Source of the DNA: Proteromonas lacertae
Lineage: Eukaryota
Direction: 5' to 3'
NCBI GenBank assembly: GCA_002245135.1
Contig: NGBS01000020.1
Span: 1 to 64,000, forward strand
DNA length: 64,000 bases
The notes under the pieces are model-generated. The model saw only the letters and a list, made by a program, of their open reading frames with translations, was not told where the DNA came from and did not search any database. Position numbers and translations under genes: made by a program. Position 1 is the first letter of the stretch. Every line of letters begins with the position of its first letter. Below, in pieces: positions 28,001 through 42,500 of this stretch.

Positions 28001-29202
28001 TTACTTTTTAATCCATTCTTTAAATAATCTATTAATATTGATTGAATATAGGGAATTCGACTACTTCCACCTATTATTAATATCTCTATCTCACTCTTTT
28101 CTTTTTCTTTCACACATGATTCTTTTATACTTTTGGATAATAATTCTATTATCTTTTCTTTCATTCCGTTTTGTTTCAATAATTCATTTAGTTCATTTAC
28201 ACTGTAATCACATTCATAATCTTCTAATCCACAATCGATTGTCAGCTGAATCTATAGTATATTAACATTAATGAAATATTATATATTGATATACAGAATC
28301 AGCTCCATCTGCACTCAATTTCTCTTTCATCTTGATTATTTCATCTAGTATCTTTATATAAGTCTTGTTTTTACATTCTTCTTCTTTTATTTTCAATTTA
28401 CGACATATTGATTTTAGAAGTAATTCATCAATTAATCGACCATTTATGTCTTGACTGTTTAGATGATTCAAAATTTTACATTCATCTTTCTTATATTCAC
28501 TCAATGTTATATTCATATTTATATATCCAATATCAATTATCAATATTCGATGAATTTCACCAGCTTTCATTTTGGAATTATTCTCATATCCATAACATAA
28601 ACTGATACTCGTATATTCAGGTATTATATCTATCACTTTTAAATCAATCATCTCATATATCTCTTTTAAGTATAATATTGATGCTTTATCATAATAACTA
28701 GGAAATGATATTATTACTTCATTTCCTTCTTTTATCATTGATTCTTTTATTTCATTTAAATTTAATAAATATAGTAAATTGATTGATAAATATTCTTCAA
28801 TACTGTATTTACTTTTTATATGAAAATATAATATTCCATCTTTTATCTTCACTGTATTTGGCGAATATTTCCATTTTTCTTTTTCTAATACATCTTCTTT
28901 CTCTAGCATTTTCCCAAAGTATTCTTTCAATTCAATACTGAAATTATCAAAATATCGACATTTCTATTCATTAACATTTCAATATCAATATTTATATACT
29001 TGAGTAGTAGCTGCTCTTCCATATAAGAATTTTGGATCAGCAAACACGACACACACTCTGTTTTTATAGATTTAGTTATTTTATACTGAGTTGATTTTTC
29101 TGAATAAGGATTTTCGATTAATTTATTGATCTTACCATCAGAAGCTGTTAAAGTGATTTTTCTTCCTCCAAAATCTAATCCATAAAAATAGTTATTTGCC
29201 AT
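25058..29202 (-). CDS. Divergent Hsp70/Hsp110 nucleotide-binding domain fused to YP[F]Y helical repeats (gene D)
   Basis: YGLDFG, LKEYFGK, VIISFPSYY, IIPEYTSISLCYG, ILIIDIG, NGRLIDELL, ILIIGGSSRIP, LNKTINMDECISYG; no beta substrate-binding domain; continues through introns to TAG 25058-25060. Confidence 0.75.
27886..29184. repeat. 1299-bp near-identical direct repeat, copy 1 (Hsp70 NBD exons and introns)
   Basis: Matches 31820-33118 at constant offset 3934; ORF translations identical over the internal part; only two substitutions noticed by eye. Confidence 0.95.
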
Positions 29203-29414
29203 CGAATTATTAGTAGTTTAAAAACAAATTTTCATAAATAAAACCTGTTTTCAAAGTGTATATAAGATAAAAAAAAGAAAAAACGATTTGTGAACTTCAA
29301 GCTTAATGTTTGAGTATTTTACATTTCAAATATATTTTTTTATATCAAAGCAATTATTTCATATATTAATGGTATAATATAGTAAATTACAAACAAATTA
29401 AACTACTACTATAC

Positions 29415-30373
29415 TTAAAATATTGAGTTACAACGATTTATTCCAATATTCTCAAAAAAAGGATTTCGCTTCAATTTCTTTTGTGGAGAAGAATAATTAT
29501 TCTCTTCATCATCTTCTTCATAATCACTCCATTCTACATTACAACATAAATGATCAATATCTTTTTCATTTTCGTCTCCTTGTAAGATATTTTTTGCTGT
29601 ACCCCAACTAAATCTTACTAAACTATTATTCTTAAAACCAAATAAATGATGAGTATGCGATTTAACATAATCTTTCGTTATTTCATCACCAGGATATCCT
29701 GATCCTATTAATATATCATCATTTGCTTTAGAATAATCAGTTAATATTTTATCTCTTGTTACTTTCGCACATATACTTGCAGCTGATACACATTTGTATA
29801 AACTATCTGCCTTTGGACATACAGTTATTTTGATATTATAATTTGAAAAAATATTTGATAAAAATTGCTGATATTTCTCTGCAGATCCTACTGTATCAAC
29901 ATATATTTCTCTGATATTTACATTTTCATCTAAAACATGTTGTATTAAGTTTACAGCTGCATTATGACTAATTTGGTTTAAATTATATGGTATTCTAGTT
30001 AATAGAATAATAAATATACGGTTTCAACATGTTTGCTGATATTTCTTCAGGAGAAATAATTCTCAACACATATCCTATTTTTTCATTGCTTTTAAGACTT
30101 TCAAATAGTTCTTCTCGTTTTTCAGGTTTTAATGCTTTTGAATCTACAAATTTATTAGAAATTTCACAAAATACCATCAAATTCTGATTTATTCATCTCT
30201 TTAGCATATTTTAAAGGCCAATATGCACATCCATATACCATAGGTCCTAGAACAGGTCCTCTTCCTGCTTCATCGATTCCTAAGCATACTGGTTCTTTAT
30301 TTTTGCAACAGTCAGGAACTCTGCTTATAATATATTCCTCTTTCCATAGATTTTCTGTTTTAAGTCCTTCCAT
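29415..30373 (-). CDS. RNASEH2A: Ribonuclease H2 catalytic subunit A
   Basis: [71 protein letters not shown]. Confidence 0.95.
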
Positions 30374-30475
30374 CACTCTATATTTTAAAAATGAGAATAT
30401 GGTGTGTCAAAAGTTTTCACAACAACCACAAAAATGAAAAATGAAAAATAATATTAAATAATTGATTATTTTACA

Positions 30476-33124
30476 CTAAAGCATATCTTCTTCCATAATT
30501 TTTGTATATTCATCCTAATGAGAATATAAAATCAAATTTATACAATCAAACTTTTCAGAAATTTCAATGACTTGTTTAATAGTTGAGTTGAAATAAAATT
30601 ACATCTATAGACATCATTAGGTGATGATATCAAATTTAATAATTTACAATCAGTTTTTATTTTAATCAAAATATCATTCTCTCTTGATATACCATTCATA
30701 AAAGATCTATTCATTATATTATATAAAATACAAAATATAAAAAATCAAATCATCTATCTTACTTCCATTTAATGATAGCTTCAATTCTTCTATTATATCT
30801 TTTAATATAAAAACGACATTTTCTTTCCAAATACTATACAATTCTCCATAACCTTTTTCCATAAAACTCTTATAATGTAATATTTTATAAACTATATCCT
30901 TGCTTTTCTTATTCTTTATAGAAGAGATATTACAATTTTGAATATCCATAATAAACTTTCTATAAATATAAAAATAATATATACGCTGAGTATTCTAAGT
31001 TATGTAATAACTGTTTTCTAAATATATCTTCATTACTTGTTTTTAATGATGTTTCAATCTAAAAAATATATATGATAATGAAATATCTTACAGGAATGAG
31101 AAGAGATGAATTTATATCACTTAAGAAGTTATTATATTCACTAAGGTCAAAGCATTTTCCATCTTGAATATAAAACTTTGCTTTGTCAAGTTTTTCGATT
31201 GGTATTTTCATATTGTCGATCAAATACTTTATTTGATTAATTTTATCATCTTTTATTTTGTTATATTCAGAAATGAATTTTTTATACTTTTCATATCTCA
31301 TATTTATTTTCTTAATGTAATTTGATAAATCATTATTTACTTTTCCATTCACTAATAGTTCTTCAACAACATCTTTGGCTTGATAAAAAGGATATTGATT
31401 TATGAATTGCTTCAATCTCTTTTCAATTATTTCAATGCTAAATATATCTGTTTTTCTGCATTCAATTTCTTTCATTAAATTTTTCAATTCTTCAATATCA
31501 TTCTTTTTCTTAAAATCATTATTGTGTAAAAACAACAGTATTTCACATAAATAATCATCAAACTCATTATACACATTTTCATCCTCATCTTCTATTTTTC
31601 GTTGATATTCATATCTACATAGAATAACATAAACATTCTATACATCATATTTTCAATATCATTTCTCAGCTTACCACATTCATTCACTTTTTCTTGCTCA
31701 TTTGTTATATCATTATATTGAGATTTAATTATCATCAAATACTTCTTTAAATTGAATATGTCATTATATTCTTTTCTATTTGATAGTTTTTCATTAATAT
31801 TCATATATAAACTGCTATTTTTAGTACTGTCAGTTATTTTGTATTTCCAATATCCTTTCTTCATTAAACCATTGTACAAATTACCATAACTTATACATTC
31901 ATCCATGTTTATTGTCTTGTTTAATACCAAATATTTACTTTTTAATCCATTCTTTAAATAATCTATTAATATTGATTGAATATAGGGAATTCGACTACTT
32001 CCACCTATTATTAATATCTCTATCTCACTCTTTTCTTTTTCTTTCACACATGATTCTTTTATACTTTTGGATAATAATTCTATTATCTTTTCTTTCATTC
32101 CGTTTTGTTTCAATAATTCATTTAGTTCATTTACACTGTAATCACATTCATAATCTTCTAATCCACAATCGATTGTCAGCTGAATCTATAGTATATTAAC
32201 ATTAATGAAATATTATATATTGATATACAGAATCAGCTCCATCTGCACTCAATTTCTCTTTCATCTTGATTATTTCATCTAGTATCTTTATATAAGTCTT
32301 GTTTTTACATTCTTCTTCTTTTATTTTCAATTTACGACATATTGATTTTAGAAGTAATTCATCAATTAATCGACCATTTATGTCTTGACTGTTTAGATGA
32401 TTCAAAATTTTACATTCATCTTTCTTATATTCACTCAATGTTATATTCATATTTATATATCCAATATCAATTATCAATATTCGATGAATTTCACCAGCTT
32501 TCATTTTGGAATTATTCTCATATCCATAACATAAACTGATACTCGTATATTCAGGTATTATATCTATCACTTTTAAATCAATCATCTCATATATCTCTTT
32601 TAAGTATAATATTGATGCTTTATCATAATAACTAGGAAATGATATTATTACTTCATTTCCTTCTTTTATCATTGATTCTTTTATTTCATTTAAATTTAAT
32701 AAATATAGTAAATTGATTGATAAATATTCTTCAATACTGTATTTACTTTTTATATGAAAATATAATATTCCATCTTTTATCTTCACTGTATTTGGCGAAT
32801 ATTTCCATTTTTCTTTTTCTAATACATCTTCTTTCTCTAGCATTTTCCCAAAGTATTCTTTCAATTCAATACTGAAATTATCAAAATATCGACATTTCTA
32901 TTCATTAACATTTCAATATCAATATTTATATACTTGAGTAGTAGCTGCTCTTCCATATAAGAATTTTGGATCAGCAAACACGACACACACTCTGTTTTTA
33001 TAGATTTAGTTATTTTATACTGAGTTAATTTTTCTGAATAAGGATTTTCGATTAATTTATTGATCTTACCATCAGAAGCTGTTAAAGTGATTTTTCTTCC
33101 TCCAAAATCTAATCCATATAACAT
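30476..33124 (-). CDS. Second Hsp70/Hsp110-NBD fusion protein with a shorter helical C-terminus (gene E)
   Basis: Same NBD as gene D, then CGKLRNDIENM and INQYPFY; ends ...DEYTKIMEEDML-TAG. Confidence 0.75.
31820..33118. repeat. 1299-bp near-identical direct repeat, copy 2
   Basis: Matches 27886-29184. Confidence 0.95.
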
Positions 33125-33273
33125 TTACAATTATTTTAACATAAATATATATAATTTATAGTCTAAATAGTTAGAATGAGGTGTATAGATGAATTTTTAA
33201 TATTTCAAGTGAAAATTTTCATAACCCCATTCATTTAAAAAAGCAAATAACACAACAAATAGAATAAATATAC

Positions 33274-34150
33274 TTATAAATTACATGTATTGATTGGTAA
33301 ATATGGCCATGGCTGTGGATGGTACTGCTTAATACTCTCATCATACTTTTTATTCAATTTTGCTTCTTCAATTTCAATCATATTCAACTTATCTCCAAAG
33401 AGTTTTGTTTTAAAATTATTTAATTCTGTTTTACTAAGATCATCAAGTTTAAGCATCTGTAAATTCTTGTGGAATTGATTTGATTTTTCTTCATACACTA
33501 AAAGACAACATATATAATATCAAATACATTTCTTTTTGCTTTGCTTATCAACTATTAAACATTAAATATATATTAATATATACTCTTTTTCTTTCTATTT
33601 CTTAACAACATAATATTCTTAATCCATTCTTCATTTAACACTAGCTACAGTTTTAAGATTGAGAGAATTAATTATACTTTAGTGTTATTTATCAAAAGAT
33701 CATTCTCTATATCATATGAATGAGATAATGGCTGTAATGGCTTGTCAGCTACTTCCCATTTTGGAACTGGAGCAATTAATTCAGACTATTTAACATTAAC
33801 ATCAAAGTATTGTAGTATACTTCATCAAAAGCATCTTCTTCTTTTTCTTTATTCTTTTTTTCATCACTACTATCACTATCAGAGGGTATATTATTTTCTC
33901 TCTCTGTTTCATTTTTCAAAATTTGTATATCTTTGTCATATATATTAAGTTCTTCATTATGGTTTATATTATCAACTTGTTGACTGTTATAATAGTAATA
34001 AAACTGATTATTGTCTGTCTCATGAGGACATTGTGTATAATGTGTATTATAATGGCTATTAAATTTCTTATATCTGAAAGTCTCCTCAAAATATGGATAA
34101 TTAACCATCAAATATTCCTAAGAATAAATAGATTATGTAAATACATTAAA
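33274..34150 (-). CDS. Spliced hypothetical protein; 5' end uncertain
   Basis: ORFs 33776-34111 and 33274-33498 linked by small exons and GT-AG introns; no family recognised. Confidence 0.4.
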
Positions 34151-34397
34151 AAAGGATTTGCATATTTTACAATCTTCAGGATTATTATATGTTTCACTAT
34201 TTCTATCCAAAAATTCGTTTTTGATCATAAGATCCAACAAATACACAAAATACAAAATAATATCAAAATATTTATTCGTTTCTCATGTTCAGTGATTCAT
34301 TGATTATACTCTTATTATTATTCATCCTCATCATTATAATAGATCTTATCATATTGATCAATATATAATATTTCAATAAGGTTTACTAATTACGTAG

Positions 34398-36406
34398 ATG
34401 AGTACAGGTTCTCAAAGTGATGCAGAAGGGCATTATGTTGAAGAGTCACCTCAGAAAAGATATGTTAGAGTATAATTCATCATAGTTTATTCATTCATAG
34501 TATGATAAGTTAATTGGTGCTGGATCTTTCAAGAGAGTGTATCTTTTTTTGTAATCGTTATATTATTTTGTTAATCTTAACTATCCTTTTAGATATGCTG
34601 GATATGATAGAAACGCCTGTTGTGAAATCGCTTGGAATGTTATTCCATTATCAGTAATTCCGAAAGTGGAACAGAAGCGAATCATATTAGAAGCAAAATT
34701 AATGCAAACTCTGAATCACAAGAACATTATTCATTGTTTATCAACATGGTACGTTAAAGAAACAGAAACAATAGTGACAATTACAGAAAAACTAAATTCT
34801 GGTAGTTTATCTGAGTATTTAATCATATATATTTATTTCTATCATTTTAATTAGTTTTATTAAAGACAAAGAAGTCTCCTTAAAAGCAATAAAGAAATGG
34901 TGTATTCAAATCTTAGATGGATTAAACTACTTACATAGCCAAATACCAAAGATCATACATAGAGATATAAAATGTGCCAATTTATTCTACGATTCAATTA
35001 ATGGTTTAATAAAAATAGGTGATTTAGGTTTATCAAAACAGATGAAAGATGATAAATGTTCTACTCTACTTGGAACACCTGAATATATGGCTCCAGAGTT
35101 ATGTAAACAGTTAAAATATGATGAAAAAGTAGATATTTATGCATTTGGTATGTGTTTCTGTGAATTATTGACAGGAGAAATCCCGTATAAAGAATGTGCT
35201 GGAATAGGTCAAATATTTTTAAAAGTGAGTAAAGGTGAACCACCATTACTATTAAATAATTTAAATAAAAGAAAGATATTATCACCTAAAGAAATAGAAG
35301 ACGTTAAAGACTTAGTGTCCAGAATTATTCATTATGATCCAAATATGAGACCATCAGCTTGTGAATTATTACATTATAAATTCTTCAGAGAAACAACTGG
35401 TGAAACATCAACACCTGTTCCTGTGTTAAATAATGGAAAATTAAGGAAAAGAATAAAAGATAAAACGAATAGTGGAATAGCTAAATCATTAACAATTACT
35501 GCTGATACTGGTGATATTGATATTGAGAGTGAATTACAAAGACATGGGGTGGATGGTGAAAGAACCTCTTTACCTGTATTATCATCACCAACACAAACAA
35601 CTGATAAGAAAACTATGAAAACACCACCACAACTACATCCACAACCAATTGCTAAACAAATGTTAACAACAATTCCATCTGAACCAAATAGTAAAGATGT
35701 ATCACCTGAATTAAAAAGTATTCCAATTCCAACACCAACTGTTACACCTCAACAGACATTATCACCATCATCATCATCCAATACATATAATATAACACCT
35801 AATACAGCTAATACACCTAATACAACTGTACAACAACAACAACAATTACCACTTCCACTGTATCAATTAGATGATATTACAAACAATGGTCATCTTCAAC
35901 AACAACAACAACCAATACAATTACAACAACAACCAAATAGCCTTCCAATGTCACCAGTACAATTACCTAAAACACCATTATTATCATCACCAATAAATGG
36001 AATGAATAATAATATTCAACCTACAATGATTAAAGATAAAACAGCATCTTTTTGTTCAACAACTCCAATAACGAGTATATCATTAACTTCATCTGTTACA
36101 CCAAGAGAATATAGTAATAGTCTTCTATATATACCAATACAACAACTACAACAGAATGTAGTAGAGAATGTAAGAGATCAAAAAGAATATAATTTGGTTG
36201 TTACAAATTACGATATTGCTAATCATTTTATTTATATTACATTTGGTAGAGAACAAGCTCAACCTTATCCTTTGCATAGTATTTTAACTTATCTCAAATC
36301 TTCTGTATTTCATGAAGAAACTAGAGAAAGGTTACTTACTGATTTACGAGTGCAAGCAAGAACTATGTTAGATTCACAGAATTGTGATGAGCGTTTTTGG
36401 AATTGA
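34398..36406 (+). CDS. WNK: WNK-family Ser/Thr kinase with Pro/Gln/Ser/Thr-rich C-terminal region
   Basis: VEESPQKRYVRYDKLIGAGSFKRVY (Lys in subdomain I), EIAWN replacing VAIK, IHRDIKCAN, KIGDLGL, GTPEYMAPE, YDEKVDIYAFGMC. Confidence 0.92.
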
Positions 36407-36545
36407 TTCTATATATGATGTAATTAACATAAAACATAAAAATTTATTTATCTATCATTATGTATAAATTGCTTAATGAGTAGTAAAATGAAATACAAAA
36501 CTAATACAATCAAGCCAAAAAGTTTGAATTTAAAATTTGAAACGA

Positions 36546-39500
36546 ATGTCTTTTAATCCTCTAATCAACCGTTTATATGCTTCAAAACCACACGATTCGA
36601 ATAATCAAAAGAGCAGTCAAAAAGACAAAAATGAAAATTCATCTTCACAAAAGAAATTACCAATTCCCTTACCTATGAAGATTAACTATAAACCAATAGG
36701 ATCTGCTATGAAATATTCTGTTAGTGCACCAGTATTACCTTCAAATCCCATCATTCCTCCAACTAGTACCAGTATTTGCTTAGTCTTTATTATATTTTTA
36801 TAGATGAACCTCAAAAAATAGTTAGACAAAAGAAAAATAATATAATATTCCCTTTAACACAAGAAGAACTATCAGATCCACTTCTATTTATAGATTGGGC
36901 TGAAATACATGATTATATCTATGATAAAGTGTATGCCATAAATATTATTCGTCCTCCATGTGGTTTTGCTAATTCTTATGATTTAAAAATCGTTGGTTAT
37001 GAACCGTCAGATGAAACGGATCATTATTTTATATTTAGTTCAAATGGTGTAATAGAACATAGAATAGAATGTAGAGATTTTCAAAGTCTAGAAGATTGGA
37101 AATTAGAAAAACAATATTTTGATAAGTTAGTCAAATATAAAACATTCAGACAATTCCCATTATTTAATACATTTTATAAATGGAAAAAATATTTAAATAG
37201 AAAAAAGAAAAAAGAAAAAATGAATGATATTTTGGAATTAATATATGATAATAAACCCAATTTAGCACCTTGTTTAGATAAATGTAGAGATATATGTATA
37301 GATATGCATGATAAATTCAAATTACCATTTGAATCACATAAATCTTATCATATCGTAGAGTTCAAATATTTACATTTTCAATTCAAGAAATATATAGAAG
37401 AAATAATAAAAGAAACTTATTATAGAGTATTATCACTAACAGAAAAAGCATTAAATGATTATATTGACTTATATGGTGGTGATAAGATAGTTAGTTTTAT
37501 AAATCGAGATGAAGATAATTGTTTGAATAAATTTAGAAGATTAGATAAATATGTTCATAAAATAGATTATTTGTTTAGATTACAAGTGTTCTATGGTATT
37601 AAAGATTTATTTAATGAATTTTATGAATATATATGTGTAGATCAAGTTGAATTATATAAACCAGTAGTTATATCTCCTAAGCAACCAATCACAGATAAAA
37701 CAAAAGAAGAAGATAATGATAATAATAATGGTGAAGAAGAAGAAGAAGCTGAAGAGAATGATAAAGATGATGATAATAATGAAGAAACTAGTGGTAATAA
37801 TGAAAAGAATAAAGAAGAAGAAGATGATGATGAAGAGAAAAGAGTAGCTATATTAGAAACACAACAACAATTAGAGAATCAAGCTAATAAGAACAGAGTG
37901 AGTGAATTATCAAGTAAAATTACTGAACAGACAAGTATTAATTCACAAATACCCAAACCAGAATGGAAGAATTTCAATGAATTACAGAAGCAGATAATAG
38001 AAATATTCATTGATAAAGAACATGATAATCAGTCAATCAATTTAGAAGAAAGAATAGTAGGGAAATTAGAAAAATTTGAAGAATTCTTCCAAAAGCATAA
38101 TTATACTCCAATTACACCTCCATCACGTTTTCCAGAGATTACTATACCACATGATTATGATTATTCTAAATATAAACACTTATATTATAAAACAAATGAA
38201 GAACATATCGATTATACTAAATCACCTCTTATTTCAATATTATATAGACCAGAATCAATATTATCGAGATTATCTAGTGATAATAATAATAATAATGATA
38301 ATAAAATAATAATAGATCCAGATTATACTAATTGGATATATGAGATAAGAGATTGGTTAAAAACATTCTATGAATTTGGAAAAGTAGTTGATACAATATG
38401 TCATGAGCAGAATATATTGAATTTATTAAGTAGATATTTAACTGTAGTAAACCGTAATCTATTTGGTGAAGGAATTATATCATTAACTCAAAGACTAGTA
38501 GATGATAATGAAATACAATTAAAAGTGTCAATTATTAAAGACACTTTATACTTTCAAGAAGAAATAATTAATCAGACTTTGAATGATTCACAATATATAT
38601 TTACATATTTCCAACAAGATGAGAATATCAAGAATCAATCATTTGAAATTATTGATCATAATATCCCATCCACATCTGTATTTGAAAATTCATTTTTGTT
38701 ATATATTAAGAGATTGTTTGATTTATTTTTGAAATCAATTCCACTTTCTATTGGTTGTACATTGATTGATTTTAGTCCTGTTATTAGAAGAATATTACCA
38801 AGCATTAGTCATCATTTACATGAATTAAGGAATAAATTACCATCTTTATTGTTAGACTATATTTCCGATTTAGATAAATATATTGAAAGTTATGAAAATA
38901 TCTTAAATAAAGTCCCAAATACCTTAGAAGATAGTGAAATATGGATGAAAACATTAATAGCTTTTGATAGATCCAGTATAAAAGATGGTGGAAAATTATA
39001 TTACGATTTAAACGATAAAATAGATAATACAGCAATCTTAACAACACTATTAAAGAATGTAGATGTTCCTTTACCAGAAGATATTGATGCTGTAGTTGCA
39101 CTATTAAAAGATCATCAAAGTAATTATTATAGTTTAGTTGATAAGTGTATTAGAGCAAGAGATGAACACTTGAAAATATTCAGATATTATTTAAATACAG
39201 CTGTTGAAGAATTAGGTGGTGTTTGTAATACTCATTATGATAATCTAAAGAATAGTTTATATTGGGTTGATAAAGATTTGGCTCCTGAACCAATTATTGA
39301 ACTATTATCTAAAACTGTTATGGAATGTCATGAAATGGAAAAGAAAATGTTATATTACCAATCTTTAGATGATTTATTTGAGAATATTTCATTGCAGAAA
39401 TTATATACAAAAATGGAAGAAACTATTGAATTAGGTGATAATTTATTATCATTATTTACATTATTGAGAGATTTTAATGATTTTAAAGCTAAAAATATAC

Positions 39501-42500
39501 ACAAAAATATCAATGATTTTGATATATCATCATTCAGTAATTCAATTAATCAATTTACAGAGACAATAGAAAAAATAACGGTAAAAGAACATCCAATATA
39601 TAAGAAAATAAATACAGAATTAATTCAATTCAGATATACATTACCTTTAATAAAAGAATTATCAACTTCATGTTTAGAAGAAAGACATTGGAAACAAATA
39701 CTTGAATATTTAGATTTGAAGAATCTAAAACCACCCTATAGAATAGAAACATTCTCTGAAATAAGAGATGAAATTGATTTGAATAAAATCAAAGCTACAG
39801 TTAAACTAGCAATTATTGAAGATCAAATTAAAACAAAATTGGATTCTGTATGGAAATTTTGGCAAACCGAAGATGTTCAATTCTATTATGAAGATAATAT
39901 TGCATTTATTTCGCCTTATGAAAATCAATGGAAATTAGAACATGATACTGTATCATTAGAAAGTATATTGAATGTCAATAATCTATGGATTAATGATACA
40001 AGAAGCTTGATTATGAGTTTGAGATATTTATCACAAGTATTCCCATTACTGTATAGTTTGCAAGATGTAATGATATTTTTCTTACAAGTATTTCAAGCTG
40101 AACAGTTTATTACATCTTTTCCAACATTAACTCATATGTGGGATGATGTAAAGATGGAATGGGCAGCTATAATAAAGATGTTTAAAGAATCAAGATCAAT
40201 CTATCATTTATCATTCAATATATCAATTTTACCACATTTAAATGAACAAAAACAAAGATGTGATAATCTATATGTTCATTTAGATGAATATATGAATAAG
40301 TTAAGAATATTATTTCCACGATTTTGTTATTTATCTGATAATGATTTATATCGATTATTATCATGGAATGGAAGTATTGAAAGAGTATCAGACACATTGT
40401 TATGTTGTTATCCATCAATTAGACACATTGAATATTTAGCCAAAAGAAATGGGATATTAATACAAATCACAGATGGTAAAGATGAAAATGGTAAAGAAGT
40501 TAGAAAAGATAAAAACACTGAACTATCAATTATATCATTAACAACACATGAAGCCTTTCATTTTACATTTGACAAGCCAATAGAAGTGAGTGATGAAATA
40601 GAAAAATGGTCAGTTTTATTCGACAAATCAATACATGATCAATTAAAAACAACTTTAGATAAAAACATCAAAATTCCTTGTTTAATCTATTCAACCGATG
40701 ATTTCTTAAGTATTCCTCCACAAATAAGAATGATATGTCAATCAACACAATGGTTTCAACAAGTAGAAGAGTTAATGGTTGATAGATTATCACCAAGAGG
40801 AGAAAAGAAATGGTTAGATTTCATTGCTGCTCAAAAGCTTGATAAAGAAAGAGTAATATACTTTTTATTACATAATCTATTACCAATTCCAAGATATGTA
40901 GCTGAATGTTATTTATTACAATTAACAAATGAAGAAAATAATATAAATATGATAAATGATGAAGAAATATTCAATTCAAATGATTATAGATTCTTGACAT
41001 TATTGAAATATAGATATTCAAACACAAATGATTGTTATTTAACAATGTTTACTACCAATATAAAGTATGGATATGAAATCTGCACATTATGTCCAAGACT
41101 TATCATTACACCATTAACAGAGAAAGTGATATTCACTATCTTTGAATCTATTAAGTATGAAATGGGTTGTACTTTATTAGGACAAAGGAATTTTGGTAGA
41201 AGACATTATGTATATTCATTGTCACAGATGTGTGGAAGATTATTTATTGATTATTCATGTGATCAATGGAAAACCAAAGACTCTATTCAATGTGTTTTAA
41301 ATGGTAATGTTGCTACTGGTGCTTGGTGTTTATTTCATAATCTAACTGCTTTATCGTTTGAATGTCAATCTTATTTATTAGCTCAAATGCAGATTTTGAG
41401 ATTGATTTATAGTAGAAAGAATTATAATTTGAGTTATAGTGCTTTTACATCAATTCATCCAATGATGAAATCAACCATATTTTGTACAGTTGACTTATCA
41501 AAGAGTGAAAATATATATAAGAAATTAATTAAAGATGTTTCTACACTATTCAGACCAATTACCTTCTTAAAACCTGATAAAACTTATATAATCAATAAAG
41601 CGTTTAAAAATGCTGGATTTTATGGAGATTTAGCTCCAAGATTCGTCAATGAAATATTTGAAGCAATTGAGATTAAATCAATGAATATAACAACACAAAA
41701 ACTATTTTCTGTTTCATTGATATTTCAAATAATTGAAAATGCAATAATGAAATTACCACTTCCACAAATACCACCAAATGGAATAAGTAATAAAGAAGAA
41801 TGGGTTAATATTGAATATTATAGTGATCCTGAAGAATTAAGTGCAGTTATTGAAACAATAGGTGAACTTACATTTAGTAGAATTCCTAAAGAGGATATTG
41901 TGATAATACAAACAATCAGTTTTTTATATGATGAAAAGTATTTAAATACAAAACATAATCAAGATGAAGAAGATATGCCAGATCCAATCAAATTAGGTTA
42001 TTCCACAATTATAGTGAATAATAATTATAGAAATATTGATGAAGAGTTTACTGCTATTTCTCAATTATATAATAATATGTCATATTCACATTTTGTTATT
42101 GTGAGTGGTAAACCTTGTTCAGGTAAGTCTTTTTGTATTAACACATTATGTGATATATGTAATTTATTACATAATGCAAACAGTACATCAAATGCTCATT
42201 ACTATCCCAAAATCGTTTTAAGAAAACTACCCGTTATTTTAAAAACTCCATCAATTATTATTGGTCAAGCTTCCAAAGGTATTACAAAATATAGTGGTTA
42301 TTTGATGAATATATTTGAATCTTATACAGTATCAGAAGCTGAATTGCATAGTAAATCAAGTGATAATGTGTGGGTAGTAATAGATGGATTATTAGATAAT
42401 AATGCACTTGATTTTATTAAAAGCATCAGTATGGGTGGAAATACTGTCTTACCAACTGGAGATCATGTTACAATACCATCTTATATCAATTTAATTATTG

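Noticed and set aside
33274..34150. PEHE (MSL1/KANSL1-like) assignment from the VPKW motif
   Set aside because: The downstream PEHE signature was not found, so it is left as hypothetical
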